The position numbers were made by a program, and so were the translations under genes. A DNA stretch of 63,372 nt, the filler included, from Stramenopiles sp. TOSAG23-3 (lineage: Eukaryota): the NCBI GenBank assembly GCA_900128585.1. It is 14 parts of 14 records of this genome, joined end to end, with 100 filler letters (N's around TTAATTAATTAA, not from the genome) between each part and the next. Parts side by side here need not be neighbours in the genome. Positions count along the whole stretch, not along the records: positions 1 to 5,383 come from LT643541.1; positions 5,484 to 10,866 come from LT643542.1; 12 more parts are not named here. One strand, 5' to 3'. Shown here piece by piece: positions 1 to 10,966 of the stretch (within the stretch, counting starts at the first letter, position 1; each line of letters begins with the position of its first letter). Below the pieces are notes generated by a model. It saw nothing but the letters and a program-made list of their open reading frames with translations. It made no database searches and was not told the DNA's origin.

Positions 1-80
1 TTTCTTCTTTCTTCTTTCTTCTTTCTTCTTTCTTCGTTCTTCTTTCTTCGTTCTTCTTTCTTCGTTCTTCGTTCTTCTTC
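1..80. repeat. (TTC/TTTC)n low-complexity microsatellite
   Basis: Visible ttc/tttc reiteration at the contig start. Confidence 0.9.
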
Positions 81-340
81 ACGGACAATATAATAGCATA
101 ATAGCATTAGTTATTATTATCATTTTTTTTTACAAGAATAATTCAACAATTAGTTTTTTGTTGTTGTTGTTGTTCTATGTCGTGTTCGAATTGTAAATTA
201 TTGCCAAAACATTTCCTTTTTCGTTTCTTCCTGGATAATATGGTATATCTTTTGTTCCTTCTATTTTTTGTTTCCTTGCTTTCCCCACGGTTATGTTCTG
301 GAAGAGATTGAGTAGAAATTGATCGTACAACTAGCAATAG

Positions 341-1039
341 ATGCTACCTCTTTTTTCGTATTATGGGAGGGTGGCCCGTGTCATCTGCCAAGGTTTAAAG
401 GAGCGGAAGGCGTCGTTGGCGAAAGACTCTGGGGCGCTGCACTCTGTTTTTGGGCCGATTAGGTTTAAGACAAAAGTTAGGTTGTTTGATATAGATATGA
501 ATAGACACATGAATAATGCCAGGTATTTGGAGGCTGCAGAGATGGGTCGGTTCGACATGATGACGAAGAGCGGTTTGCTCCAAAGCGCGGTACAAGCGTT
601 GCGAGATAAGAGCTCGGCGAACCCGTTTATGCCCGTTCTTGCAAGCTGTACCGTGAAGTACATTCGCCAGTTGAAATTTCAGGAAAAGTACTACGTGGAA
701 TCCTCGATTTGTGCAGCCGACGAGAAATATGTCTACTTTAACCAGAGTCTGTACAAAGAAAAAAACGGCACGCTGGCCTCAAAAATATTCTGTAAAGCCG
801 CTCTACTAGGGCGGGATTTTTCATCCGGTACAGAGAAGAAGTTTCCAATGCGGGTCGTACCCCCGCAAGAGTTCATGGAAAACCTGATCCTGGAGGGATA
901 CATGCCGGGGCATATAAAAAGTTACGAAGACGTTGTCTCGGAATTACCCCCAATCACAGAGGACATGTACATTTGGATCAAAGGAGAGCGACCAAATAGT
1001 GATTTAAAAACGCGCCCAGGGAAACGAGAACGCCAATAA
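341..1039 (+). CDS. Hotdog-fold thioesterase (4HBT/THEM6-like)
   Basis: 232-aa ORF with DIDMNRHMNNARYL..AEMGR motif and YIRQLK strand. Confidence 0.85.
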   Translation: MLPLFSYYGRVARVICQGLKERKASLAKDSGALHSVFGPIRFKTKVRLFDIDMNRHMNNARYLEAAEMGRFDMMTKSGLLQSAVQALRDKSSANPFMPVLASCTVKYIRQLKFQEKYYVESSICAADEKYVYFNQSLYKEKNGTLASKIFCKAALLGRDFSSGTEKKFPMRVVPPQEFMENLILEGYMPGHIKSYEDVVSELPPITEDMYIWIKGERPNSDLKTRPGKRERQ

Positions 1040-1169
1040 GCAAATTTGTTTATATATTCGTAAAAACAATTTTGTAGACCGTATATGCTCTCTGATTTTA
1101 AATTCAGGTTTATGCACAGATAGAAAGGGATCTTTGCAAGTACACTCTAAAAAATGTTACTGGTGGGCC

Positions 1170-2132
1170 TTATTTTTTATGTATGTCGAACCGATCCGTC
1201 CAACTGATATCTCGAATAGTTGCATAGTTTCCATCGTTGTCTCCGAATATGTTGTTTCTCCCGGGCCGGTCGTCGTCTACATCGAACACATGAAACCAAT
1301 TGACAGTGTTAGGTAGTAACTTGAACTTATAATGCGTTAGATCTACCCATTGGGCATTTCCTCTTTCAAATTTACACCACCATTTCCCCTTTTGCTCGTC
1401 GTACTTCATTATTGTCACATCTTTCTTCAGACCAGTGACGTGGTCATAATCTAATCTAACATGGGTTCCCGGTGTAAGCTCATCCACAAAACAACAACGG
1501 TGACTCATCCAGTACAACGCATCTCTTACTCTAGGTTTCTCGTACTCCTCTTTATTTTTTGGCTTGTAAGTGTAGACACCCCGCCCATGAAGTTCGTTTC
1601 CAACAAAAGCACCTTCGAAGGTGTCGCCATTCCCAAAGTAATATTTGCCACGACCGTGCATTTTCCCATTGTGCCAAGTGCCTTCGTACATTGTGTCGCC
1701 CGTAGGTCTTCGCCAATCCCCAACTTCTCCGTGAGGGTGCCCGTTTTTCCCTAGGTCACCGAAGTACACGCCGCCATGCGGGTATCGCTTCGTGTGATCT
1801 TCTATCCACTTTGCCTTTCTCGCATCTTCCTCTTGCTTTCTTTTCCAAGCAGCTTCGCGGGCAAGTCTGCGTTTCTCCCTTGCCTCCTCGGCCTCTTTTT
1901 TTCGGGCAGCCTCCTTCTCCCCTTGGATATCCCGTTTTGCGTTTTCTCTTTCCTCGCACCAACGTTTGTAAAACAAAGGGCCCTTTGCTTTCGCCTCCGC
2001 TTCGTCCTGCTCATCTATCTGTTTTTGGCGCTCTGCCAGCTCCTTCATTTTCTTGGCATTGTCAGATTTCTCCTGCGCCTCGCGTTTTAATTTTTCCAAC
2101 AATGTCTCTTCGTTCTTCTTTTTCGGTGGCAT
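1170..2132 (-). CDS. Coiled-coil plus MORN-repeat protein
   Basis: Probable start MPPKKK; K/E-rich coil then YEGTWHNGKMHGRGKYYFGNGDTFEGAF MORN repeats. Confidence 0.8.
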   Translation of the reverse strand: MPPKKKNEETLLEKLKREAQEKSDNAKKMKELAERQKQIDEQDEAEAKAKGPLFYKRWCEERENAKRDIQGEKEAARKKEAEEAREKRRLAREAAWKRKQEEDARKAKWIEDHTKRYPHGGVYFGDLGKNGHPHGEVGDWRRPTGDTMYEGTWHNGKMHGRGKYYFGNGDTFEGAFVGNELHGRGVYTYKPKNKEEYEKPRVRDALYWMSHRCCFVDELTPGTHVRLDYDHVTGLKKDVTIMKYDEQKGKWWCKFERGNAQWVDLTHYKFKLLPNTVNWFHVFDVDDDRPGRNNIFGDNDGNYATIRDISWTDRFDIHKK

Positions 2133-3119
2133 ACCGCTTGGAAAGCAAGTTCTTCGCGAAGTTGCGTTTCGCGTCACAAACACAACCCTCTGCAGACAAC
2201 CTTGTCACTTTACTTCAGATAAGTTGATATCTCGCACAACATTACAGAATCATGAAACGGCAAAATATGGTTTTGTTTTCGATAAGCTTAGCTTACCCGT
2301 TTGCAGCGAATTTGAACAACGAACCCCTCTTTTTTCTTTCTCCTCCTTCTTCTTTTCTCCTTCTGTGGTTGTTGTTTGTTGATGTGGCAATGATGATGAT
2401 GCTCCTCCTCCCGGTCTTCTTTTTATTTCCTTCAGCTTTTTTTGTTTTGTTTTTTGTGTTGAAATAAATTTATGCTGCTGTGGTGGTAGTACTATAAAAC
2501 TACCGGTGTAATATTATATTAATAACTTGTGCATGCAGTTGATGTTGTGCCAAAATGTTTGTTGTCACTGTTGCCATAATTTTTGTTGTTGTTGTTGTTG
2601 CGCTCGCCTAAAATTAAGCCCGATAATTCTTCCATTTAGCAAATATAAAAGTTCCTAATAAAATATTTATTATAACGGCTGTCGGCGGTGGCTCTTCATC
2701 TTGTTTACCGCTATTAGACTATATATTAGTACATAAAACGATGATGATGAATAGTTATATTAATTATGAGCAAAAAAACGCAAATTGAAGCAACATCAGT
2801 TACAACGGAAGAGCATTATCATAGCATCATCATAGCAGCTTATTTTTCTTCTTCTATTCAAACAACCCCCTTTTCTTTGTTCTTCTTTCTTCTTTCTTCT
2901 TCTGCTGCTTAAATAAAATATTAGTATAGGCTTTTATTATTATTATTATATCATCATCTTCTCTCTTCAGATTGTTTATTCTCTACACCGTCTCAGATCA
3001 ACTAGGTGTCAACGTTTGATGATTTTCTACCAAGCCTTTCACCAGCGAGCTCGAAAATCGTTGTCTCAGTTTATGCGGGCATTTGTTTGTACGCCTGGCT
3101 GCTGTTGTTGTCGGTCGGA

Positions 3120-5383
3120 ATGCCGTATTTTGATAATGTTATTAGCGCCAAGCGGGTCAGACGGCCGCAGAGCGCAGCGCCCCGAAGGGCAAACAGCCGA
3201 TACGCTAGGCCAGGGCGAACACGAAAATCGCCTCTGTTATGGGGTAATGATATTATCGTTGAGGCAATGAGAATATGCCGGAAGAAAGGCAGGTTAGAAA
3301 GTATTCGTTACTTGTCGCATGCCATCAGAAACCGCTTCCATGCAGAGGGTCTTATTATGCGAGGATGGTTGTTGTTACAGGAAAATCGCTTGGAGGAAGC
3401 CCAGCGGGACTACGAAAGCATTATTAAAATTGGAACCGACGGGAACGTAAGTGTGAATATTCTATCTTGTGCCAACCGAGGGATGGCATGCGTGTGCAGT
3501 GAGAAGGGTAACTTTAGCCAGGCGAAGGCGTTTTTGGCAACGGCCCAAGTTACAGATGTGGACAAATACCCTACCTTGATTTGTCAGGGTTTAGTGTACT
3601 CTAAATACAACAAAGTTTTTGAAATAGAACAAATTTCTGCCGACCTGGAAAGTGTAAACAACAACATTCCCCATGGAATTTTTCTCCGTGCGCAAGCGCG
3701 GTATCGATGGGGGCTGCGAAAAGTAGCGATTGAAGATTTGGAAACTTGCATTAAAATGTGCATTTCCATGGAAGTAGTGCCCGGGCACCTGCTAACGTTA
3801 GCAAGGCAAGAGATTATCCGCATACTGATAAAGGACGAGAAGTACACTAGAGCCCACGAATACGCCACGATGCTGCGCAATAATTTAACCAAATATTGCC
3901 TCTACGAGACCACAGACGATTTTGTCGAGTACGGAATGCGTACCGGGTTATGGGATATACCCACTCTCAAAGACGTTTCACATTTTGAGCACTGGACCAA
4001 GGCCTGCTGCATCATCTGCCAGTTGAGTGAAGCCGAAGAACTCCTCGAAACCAAATCAACTGCAGGCAGCGATGTCCCGAGCCTGGACTTTCGAGAGTCC
4101 CTCTCCAACGTTATCAAAGAGCTTCTTCTGGCACAAAAAGCGAAGCCCGGCACACCGGAAATTTGGCATTGGCTAGGATACACGCACGGCCAAATGCAAA
4201 ATTGGGACGAAGCGTACTTTTGTTACCGTAAGTGCTTAGAAAAGGAAGATGTACTAGACAGGGATGTGGTGCGACAGATTTCATATGGAATGGAAGTGGC
4301 TCGGGCGTGTCTGGCGACGAAGGAAGGCCGCAGTAGACAGGCAATCGAGTATTTTATTGCCGCAGAAAAATTTCAGAGCACGTTTCAAACGTCGGGAACG
4401 CGACAATGCGTATTGTTGTCAGATGTTCCGCTGTGGAGAAAAGCTTTGGTGCAGCTATCTTGCGCCCGCAACCTTGCTAGCAGAGGTGATCGGGCAAAAT
4501 TGTTGAAGGTAGCTGTAAAAGACCTGCAAGGGGCAGTGGAGCGGCTGCACAGTCACCCAAAACTTATGCAGGCCCGCGGATACTTGGCAGTAGCGTACCG
4601 GCTGTTGGGAAAGCCAGAAGCAGCGTTGGTGCACTTGGACACTGCATTGTATATGATGCAGGAGACGGTCAACGTGACTCGTAACCAAGACAACGGGATT
4701 AGTATTTGGAAGGAGCAGCTATTGCCTTTAGCACAGACCTTGTGGACCGAAAGAGCATGCTGTTTCCTCATGATGGGCGCGTTGGAGCAGGCGAACGAGA
4801 ATTTGGAGGTATGCCATGGTGCTTCGAATGGCAGAGGGGACAACAGTATTCACCGTGTCCTACAAGCAAGATTGAAATTAGCAGTGGGCCAGACCGCGGA
4901 AGCCTTGCACTGCTCAACGGAAGCCCTTTGGGAGGCCCGGAGTGCCATGAGAGATCCCTACTTGCGCGCATGGGTAAACGTTCAGCACACCGTTTGCCTG
5001 TTGAGCAATGGCATGTTTGAAAAGGCAGAAACGCACTGCACCAGAGCACTGAACGATGCCAACGCAATTGCCAACAAGTACCCCGAGACATTACTGGCGA
5101 TCGACCTGAGAGCAATCATGAAAATCGTGAACGGAAAACCGCACGAAGCGTTGTCCGACTGGCAAGATCTTACGCGGAGACAACCTAGGTTTTTGATGGC
5201 TGCCAACGATGCAACCGTTCTGCGTCAAATAATGGACGTCTTAGAAAAGAACCAGGGGAATCTAAACGTAAAGCGCTATTTGCAGCTGGCACAGAAACTA
5301 TCGGTAGCAATTCGGTTGGCCTCTAAGAAACGGACCCCTCGACGAAACAATTTGGTGGGCGTACGCGCTTGGCATCTTTTCGA
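3120..5383 (+). CDS. TPR-repeat protein (3' truncated at contig end)
   Basis: Long ORF with TPR-like helices (IWHWLGYTHGQMQNWDEAYFCYRKCLE; GYLAVAYRLLGKPEAAL); first ATG at 3120. Confidence 0.75.
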
Positions 5384-5483
5384 NNNNNNNNNNNNNNNNN
5401 NNNNNNNNNNNNNNNNNNNNNNNNNNNTTAATTAATTAANNNNNNNNNNNNNNNNNNNNNNNNNNNNNNNNNNNNNNNNNNNN
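5384..5483. other. Artificial 100-nt contig spacer; also at 10867-10966, 16350-16449, 21827-21926, 27303-27402, 32775-32874, 38245-38344, 43715-43814, 49179-49278, 54626-54725, 60067-60166, 61169-61268, 62271-62370
   Basis: Identical N44-TTAATTAATTAA-N44 blocks; intervening lengths fall 5383, 5383, 5383, 5377 ... 5341, 1002, 1002, 1002; genes are cut at the spacers. Confidence 0.98.
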
Positions 5484-5484
5484 G

Positions 5485-6760
5485 CTGAAAGCGCTCGTGG
5501 AACGTACCCTGGAGCAGAACCCGGCGGAGAAAATGAAGAAAATGAACATTGAAAGCGTCCCCGAGAAGAAGAAGAAGCAGGTTCGGGCGCTGGAGAAACA
5601 CTTGTGGAGGATTAAGCTGGACCAACGCCACGCGCTCCACGATCCGAGATTTAAGAATGCAAAGGGCATTCGGTTGGGCCAAGGAAGTGTGCAGATTTTC
5701 AACAACCTATTGCAAGGCTATGCCGGAGGGGAACACACGGAGGATTTGACGGAAGGCGAGCTGCGCGCGATGGAACGTGCGAATCGAAAAAAACCATTTG
5801 TATACGGTAAGTACCACCGCCTGAAAGAACACCCCCAAACAATAACATAATTCTAACCCAAACCGTACCCATCCCAGCAAACCCTGCGGAGGAGACCATC
5901 TCCAGGCTTCTGCCAAAACCGTTTCAAAAAGAGGAGTCGTCGTCGGAAGACTCCTCGTCCTCTTCGGACGAGGACAGCAGTTACGAAACCACCAATGAAA
6001 CGTCCTCGGTAGCGACGGGGCAGAGTTCGAAAACATCGTTCATGGGGGGAAGCATCGAAGAGAGTTCGTCCGAGGACTCCAGTTCGAGCTCGGACGATTC
6101 GTCCGACAGTAGCATGGGGGACCCTCGGCTGGATGGGGATCTGACGAAAGAGCGAAGGGACAAGTACCGCCACACTCGGAAGCGGCCGCCGGAGAAGAAA
6201 GTCCACATCCCACGGGTGCCGCGCCCAAATGCGCCGCCGGGGATGAAAGAGTTGCCCATGCTCTTGACGTCGAAAGGAAATGAAAAGTTTTACAACTTCG
6301 ATGGAAAGTGGAAAGATGGGAGGATGCACGGGCATGGCACTTACACGTTCGTAGAAGACGGAGAGTACGTGGGCGACTGGGAGAATGGGCGGCAGCATGG
6401 ACATGGCATCTCATCGTACCGGAATGGTTCAACCTACGAGGGCCAGTGGAGGCTGGGAAAATTTCATGGAAACGGAAAGATTACTATGAAAAACGGCAAT
6501 ACGTTTGAGGGCACATTCGTGGACGGTAAACGTCATGGTCATGGCGTCTTTCATGCCCCGAGCGGGGTATCTTACGACGGAATGTTCAAGCATGGACTGA
6601 AGAGTGGAAGGGGGCGCGTTCAGAATGTCAACGGAAGCTATTACATTGGGAATTTTAAGAACAACCGGATCGAAGGATCAGGTCTGTTGCAGCTGAAGGG
6701 GGAAGACGAGGTGGAAAACTGGCACACGCAAAGATTTACTCGCCGAAACTGGCCTGCGGG
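5485..6760 (+). CDS. MORN-repeat protein, partial, spliced join(5485..5806,5878..~6760)
   Basis: ORFs 5497 and 6042 join in frame after removing a GT-AG intron; Ser/Glu tract then multiple MORN repeats; sense-like sequence ends near 6760. Confidence 0.8.
5807..5877 (+). other. Spliceosomal intron, 71 nt
   Basis: GTAAGT donor, TTCTAAC branch point at 5851, CCCAG acceptor; removal gives in-frame PFVY-A-NPAEE. Confidence 0.85.
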
Positions 6761-7199
6761 ATTCGTCGCCTTCCGGGTCGGCGTTGCCCTCTGTCGTTGC
6801 TTTGTATTCCAACCCTTCCCCGTCATCATCTGGGAATGTAAGATACTTTCTTCTAAATTCTTCATCAATCTCCGCTTCCATGTCGCCAAAGTTAAACCCT
6901 TTGTAATCGTCCGGGTTCGCGGTGCTCGACATGTGCGACGGAATGTCCGTTTCATAGGATGGAAAGATTATAAAGTAATTCATTGCCACTGAAATCAATA
7001 GAGCAAGGCATGCCGCCCCGTAGATGATTTTAGTGATAGTTTTATCTCTTTCCTTTCGAGACGCCCTTTCCTCCGGCGGTAACAAACTATCCTCGTACTC
7101 ATCCGTTGCTTCAAAAATAGTCTTTGCAAGGAGTTCTTCATAATCTACCTCCTCGCGTCCAAACCTCCATAAGTTCAAATAAGAAAACAAAGACCCCAT
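6760..7199 (-). CDS. Single-pass membrane protein of unknown function, 3' truncated
   Basis: MGSLF start, TM segment IIYGAACLALLISVAMNYFIIF, acidic region, then runs into the antisense of the MORN gene. Confidence 0.6.
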
Positions 7200-7220
7200 C
7201 CGTCCGTCCTCAAGGCAAAC

Positions 7221-7289
7221 GCAATAGAATGTTAGAAGGACAACAAAAGCAATAGAATGTTAGAAGGACAACAAAAGCAATAGAATGTT
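7221..7289. repeat. 28-bp tandem repeat, about 2.5 copies
   Basis: gcaatagaatgttagaaggacaacaaaa repeated. Confidence 0.85.
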
Positions 7290-7793
7290 CAACAGTGCTT
7301 GAAGTTCAAGTTACGATAAAAATTTTGTTAGCATACATACGAACGTGTCATTAAATGTTTTCATTACAAAGACTTTCACTTCACTTCACGGACTTTATCA
7401 TTGCGTTTGATGATTAGCCCGTTACGAATTCGAATCGACAGTATTGATTCAAATTTGTTCTTCTTCGGAAGAAGAAGAAGAAATTGAAAGACACCTTCAA
7501 TAATTAAGGTACACAAGTTATTCTAAATATAATTGTATATAATCTTATCATTCCATATGTTATTATTTCAGTACAATATATTCATTAATCCTTAAATATT
7601 GGAAATAATTTTTAATAACGAAATTATACACTTTTTTTGAATCAATCCGTTTATTCTACAAGAAACATTACGAAGAAGTGATTGAAAGCCTAATCGATGC
7701 TTGATTTTTTATTTAATTTTCTTATTTGAACCATGTTAAACACGTTCCATGCGCAAGAGAGAAAGGATGTTTCTACTGGAAAACTAATGGTCC

Positions 7794-8657
7794 ATGCCAC
7801 GATTTTTTGTAAAGCCATACAACAAACGAGCCACGTCGAAGGATGACATTCGGTACGCTGTTTACAGGCAAGATGGCAGTTCAAAGAGGGTTCTAAAGGA
7901 AGATTTTCTTACGGACGAAGGGGCGAACGATTGGTTGATAAAGTACCACAAGAAGAAAGCAAAGAAGGGGGCAATTGGGGTGAGAAGCTCCCACGAATCG
8001 TCCGTGCGGAGACGGGAGGAAGCTCGAATGCTTGATAACCGACGGGGACAGACGTCCATTCCAGTTCACTCGGAACCGAGCGAGTATGGCCGTCTGGCTT
8101 GTCAGCGCGAAGAAGTTCCAAATTGGATCGAGAATTATAGTTTATGGCTTGTTCGGTATTACCGGGAGACCAAACAGGGACTTCTTAGTTGCACTGGGTT
8201 CCGTAAAAGCGCTGGCTGGAAGCGAAAGCATTGGTTGTGTTGTTACGACTTGGTTGGGATCGATTTGCTTTTCAAGCACTCCATCCCTTGCTGTTGGATA
8301 TACCTGTACGCCTCCATGTTAGAAAAGACGGGGATAGGGTGGTACCGTGCCCTGCCTTGTTTCTTCCCTTGCAACCGCCAGGACCTTGCCATTAGATATA
8401 AAATTGACGAGCCGACGATTCAAAGCTACTGTTTTCATATCATTCCGTGCTGTTCGTGCCTGGCCCTGATGCAAGAGGCCCACGAAGTCGCGGAGAGAGA
8501 GCTCGGGCAAATGTGCTGTGGTTGCCACGGCCATATTCGTAGAGTATCCACTGCCCACCCAAAAGTCCCAGTCATGAGGCGCTCCTCCGAGGCCTATAAG
8601 TTTACCCAGACCAGAGAGCTGGTGAGTGCAAAAGGCGGGGAAAGGGAGCAGAGCTGA
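7794..8657 (+). CDS. PLAC8-like Cys-rich protein
   Basis: GLLSC...IPCC...RQDLAIRYKID...CFHIIPCCSCLALMQEAHEV pattern. Confidence 0.7.
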   Translation: MPRFFVKPYNKRATSKDDIRYAVYRQDGSSKRVLKEDFLTDEGANDWLIKYHKKKAKKGAIGVRSSHESSVRRREEARMLDNRRGQTSIPVHSEPSEYGRLACQREEVPNWIENYSLWLVRYYRETKQGLLSCTGFRKSAGWKRKHWLCCYDLVGIDLLFKHSIPCCWIYLYASMLEKTGIGWYRALPCFFPCNRQDLAIRYKIDEPTIQSYCFHIIPCCSCLALMQEAHEVAERELGQMCCGCHGHIRRVSTAHPKVPVMRRSSEAYKFTQTRELVSAKGGEREQS

Positions 8658-9077
8658 TTCGAAACTAATTCGTAGTTCATATAATGATGTTCTTTTTACG
8701 AAAAGTAAATTGAGTAAGGTTTTACATGAAGGAAGAGGGCATCCGTGGGTTTACAAACACACTACACGATACATATTCTTACTTATTTACAACGTCTGAC
8801 GAAAGAAAGCCACCGGGGAAGAGGAAGAATGGGTGTAAAGGCGCGTTTGTGCGAAGCTAAATATGTAAGTAGTATTTTATTTTAATTTTATGGACTCTTG
8901 AACTTTGCGCAGCGCAGCACAAGCAAAACACAGTTCCCAGTTTAATCCCGCTGACAAAGATTAATTGTTTTGTCAGGGACGAGAAAGACATGTCTAAATC
9001 AAGATTTAACCCTCAGCCCATCAACACGGAAATTTTCTCTGTTCGGGGGTGACTTTACTGCAATGGTTACGTCTGCA

Positions 9078-9648
9078 CTGGCGCCTCGCTGGCGGTTGCC
9101 TTTGGCCGACATGCTGCCGTGATGGATTAAAACGTACTTTCTAATTGTTTTGAAACGGAAAAGACCCCTCGCAACCCTTCCGCGCGCTTCCGAAGGCCAC
9201 TGGGTTCCTAAAAGACGACGGCAAAAACGGCCGAATGGCCATTTACGAAGAGGCTTCGGACGCCCATGTCGACGAAGGACACGCGACCCACGTCGGTGCC
9301 TCGCTCGCGGTTGCCTTTGGCCGACATGCCGCCGCGATAGATTCAAACGTACTTTCTAATTGTATTGAAACGGGAAATACCCCTCGCATCCCTTCCGCGC
9401 GCTTCCGAAGGCCACGCGGTTCCTCAAAGACGACGGCAAGAACGGCCGAATTGCCATTTACGAAGAGGCTTCGGACGCCCATGTCGACGAAGGAAACGCG
9501 CCCCACGTTGGCACCTCGCTCGCGGTTGCCGTTGGCCGACATGCCGCCGCGATGGATTCAAACGTGCTTTCTAATCGTATTGAAACGGGAAATACCCCTT
9601 TCAACCCTCCCGCGCGCTTCCGAAGGCCACGCGGTGCCTGAAAAGACG
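9078..9648. repeat. GC-rich tandem repeat, 215-bp unit, about 2.7 copies
   Basis: ttgaaacgg...cttccgaaggccac recurs near 9150, 9365 and 9580. Confidence 0.9.
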
Positions 9649-10212
9649 AGTGCAAAATGAACGCTTTCAGGCAATGCAATCTGGCCTTCTCCAGGTGAAA
9701 CCTGTCATGGCAGAGACAAATGGCTTGTCCAAGATCAGAGCCATTCGTTAAACTCTGCAATTATCTCCCCTACTGTTATTAGAACACTGTGTTGTCATGA
9801 AATGCAAGCCACCAGTTGCTCGCAGTTCATCATAAATCACTAGAACAGGACTCTTGAAAGCAAGGCAGCAATTCAACAACGAAAGACCTACGCTTCCCGC
9901 CAACGGGACATCGACAAACCCTTCGACCATGCTTGCTTGCCTGGTTCTTTGCCACACAAGAAACTCGCAGACGGATTACGATGGCACAGACATTACATTT
10001 AAAACGTGNNNNNNNNNNNNNTCCTTTCTTTTCCTTTTTAAACCTCTTTCTTTTTTGATAACTTTAAAAGTTCAAATCGTTTTTTGTTGATTGAATTTTT
10101 TTTGTGTTTTTTTTTTTAGTTCAAAAAGTTAAAATATACATAAATTAATATAGACACAGCATAGGATTAATGAATAATAATTTAGATTTACTTATAAGAA
10201 TTAAAAAGTTAA

Positions 10213-10866
10213 TTAAAATCTTAATCCATACGGACTCTTTCCTTTTTCCCTCCAAACTCTTCTGAATTTGGTTTTTAATTCTTCAGATGAGATATTGGGG
10301 TTCCCATCCAAACTAAGATAACCCAATGATTGTAACGAATCATTCTCAATTAACTCAAGAAGACATTGACAACCAACATTACCAATCTTATTACCATGCA
10401 AAGTAAGATAATACAGCATTGGAATAGCATCAACAACATTACTCAACAGAGCAAGACCTTCATCTCCTATACTGTTGTGAGACAAATAAAGGTTCTTCAA
10501 GTTTGGCATTGTTCTTAAGGCCGGAGCGATTGTTCGGCAGCCTTCAACTCCAATATTGTTGTCAGACAAAGAAAGGTACGTCAAGTTTGGCATTGTTCTT
10601 AAGGCCGGAGCGATTGTTCGGCAGCCTTCATCTCCGATATTGTTGTTAGACAAATAAAGCTCCTTCAAGTTTGGCATTGTTCTTAAGGCCGGAGCGATTG
10701 TTCGGCAGCCTTCATCGGTGATCGATTTGCGACTAAGATTCAACGTTCCCGTGAACCCCTCGCCTTGCTTCATCTGGTCCGCCGCTTCCTTCCCGACGAC
10801 CCTTTCCACGGCGTCCCAGTGGATGGTGTTCCGTTCGTTTTCCTCTTCCGCAGCCTTTCGCTTCGC
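10213..10866 (-). CDS. RNI-like (28-aa) leucine-rich repeat protein, 5' truncated
   Basis: Repeats xxGCRTIAPALRTMPNLxxLxLSxNxIG; frame open to the contig edge. Confidence 0.9.
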   Translation of the reverse strand, partial: AKRKAAEEENERNTIHWDAVERVVGKEAADQMKQGEGFTGTLNLSRKSITDEGCRTIAPALRTMPNLKELYLSNNNIGDEGCRTIAPALRTMPNLTYLSLSDNNIGVEGCRTIAPALRTMPNLKNLYLSHNSIGDEGLALLSNVVDAIPMLYYLTLHGNKIGNVGCQCLLELIENDSLQSLGYLSLDGNPNISSEELKTKFRRVWREKGKSPYGLRF

Positions 10867-10966
10867 NNNNNNNNNNNNNNNNNNNNNNNNNNNNNNNNNN
10901 NNNNNNNNNNTTAATTAATTAANNNNNNNNNNNNNNNNNNNNNNNNNNNNNNNNNNNNNNNNNNNN

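Noticed and set aside
5384..5483. Recurrent TTAATTAATTAA palindrome at regular ~5.47-kb spacing
   Set aside because: Artificial six-frame-stop spacer flanked by Ns; the spacing reflects size-sorted contigs
8999..9760. Arg-rich ORFs in the 215-bp repeat
   Set aside because: The frame changes in each unit; by-products of GC-rich non-coding repeats
10463..10714. CRISPR-like 50-bp repeat with 34-bp spacers
   Set aside because: The spacers are homologous to each other, the period is 28 codons of an LRR ORF, and no cas genes are present
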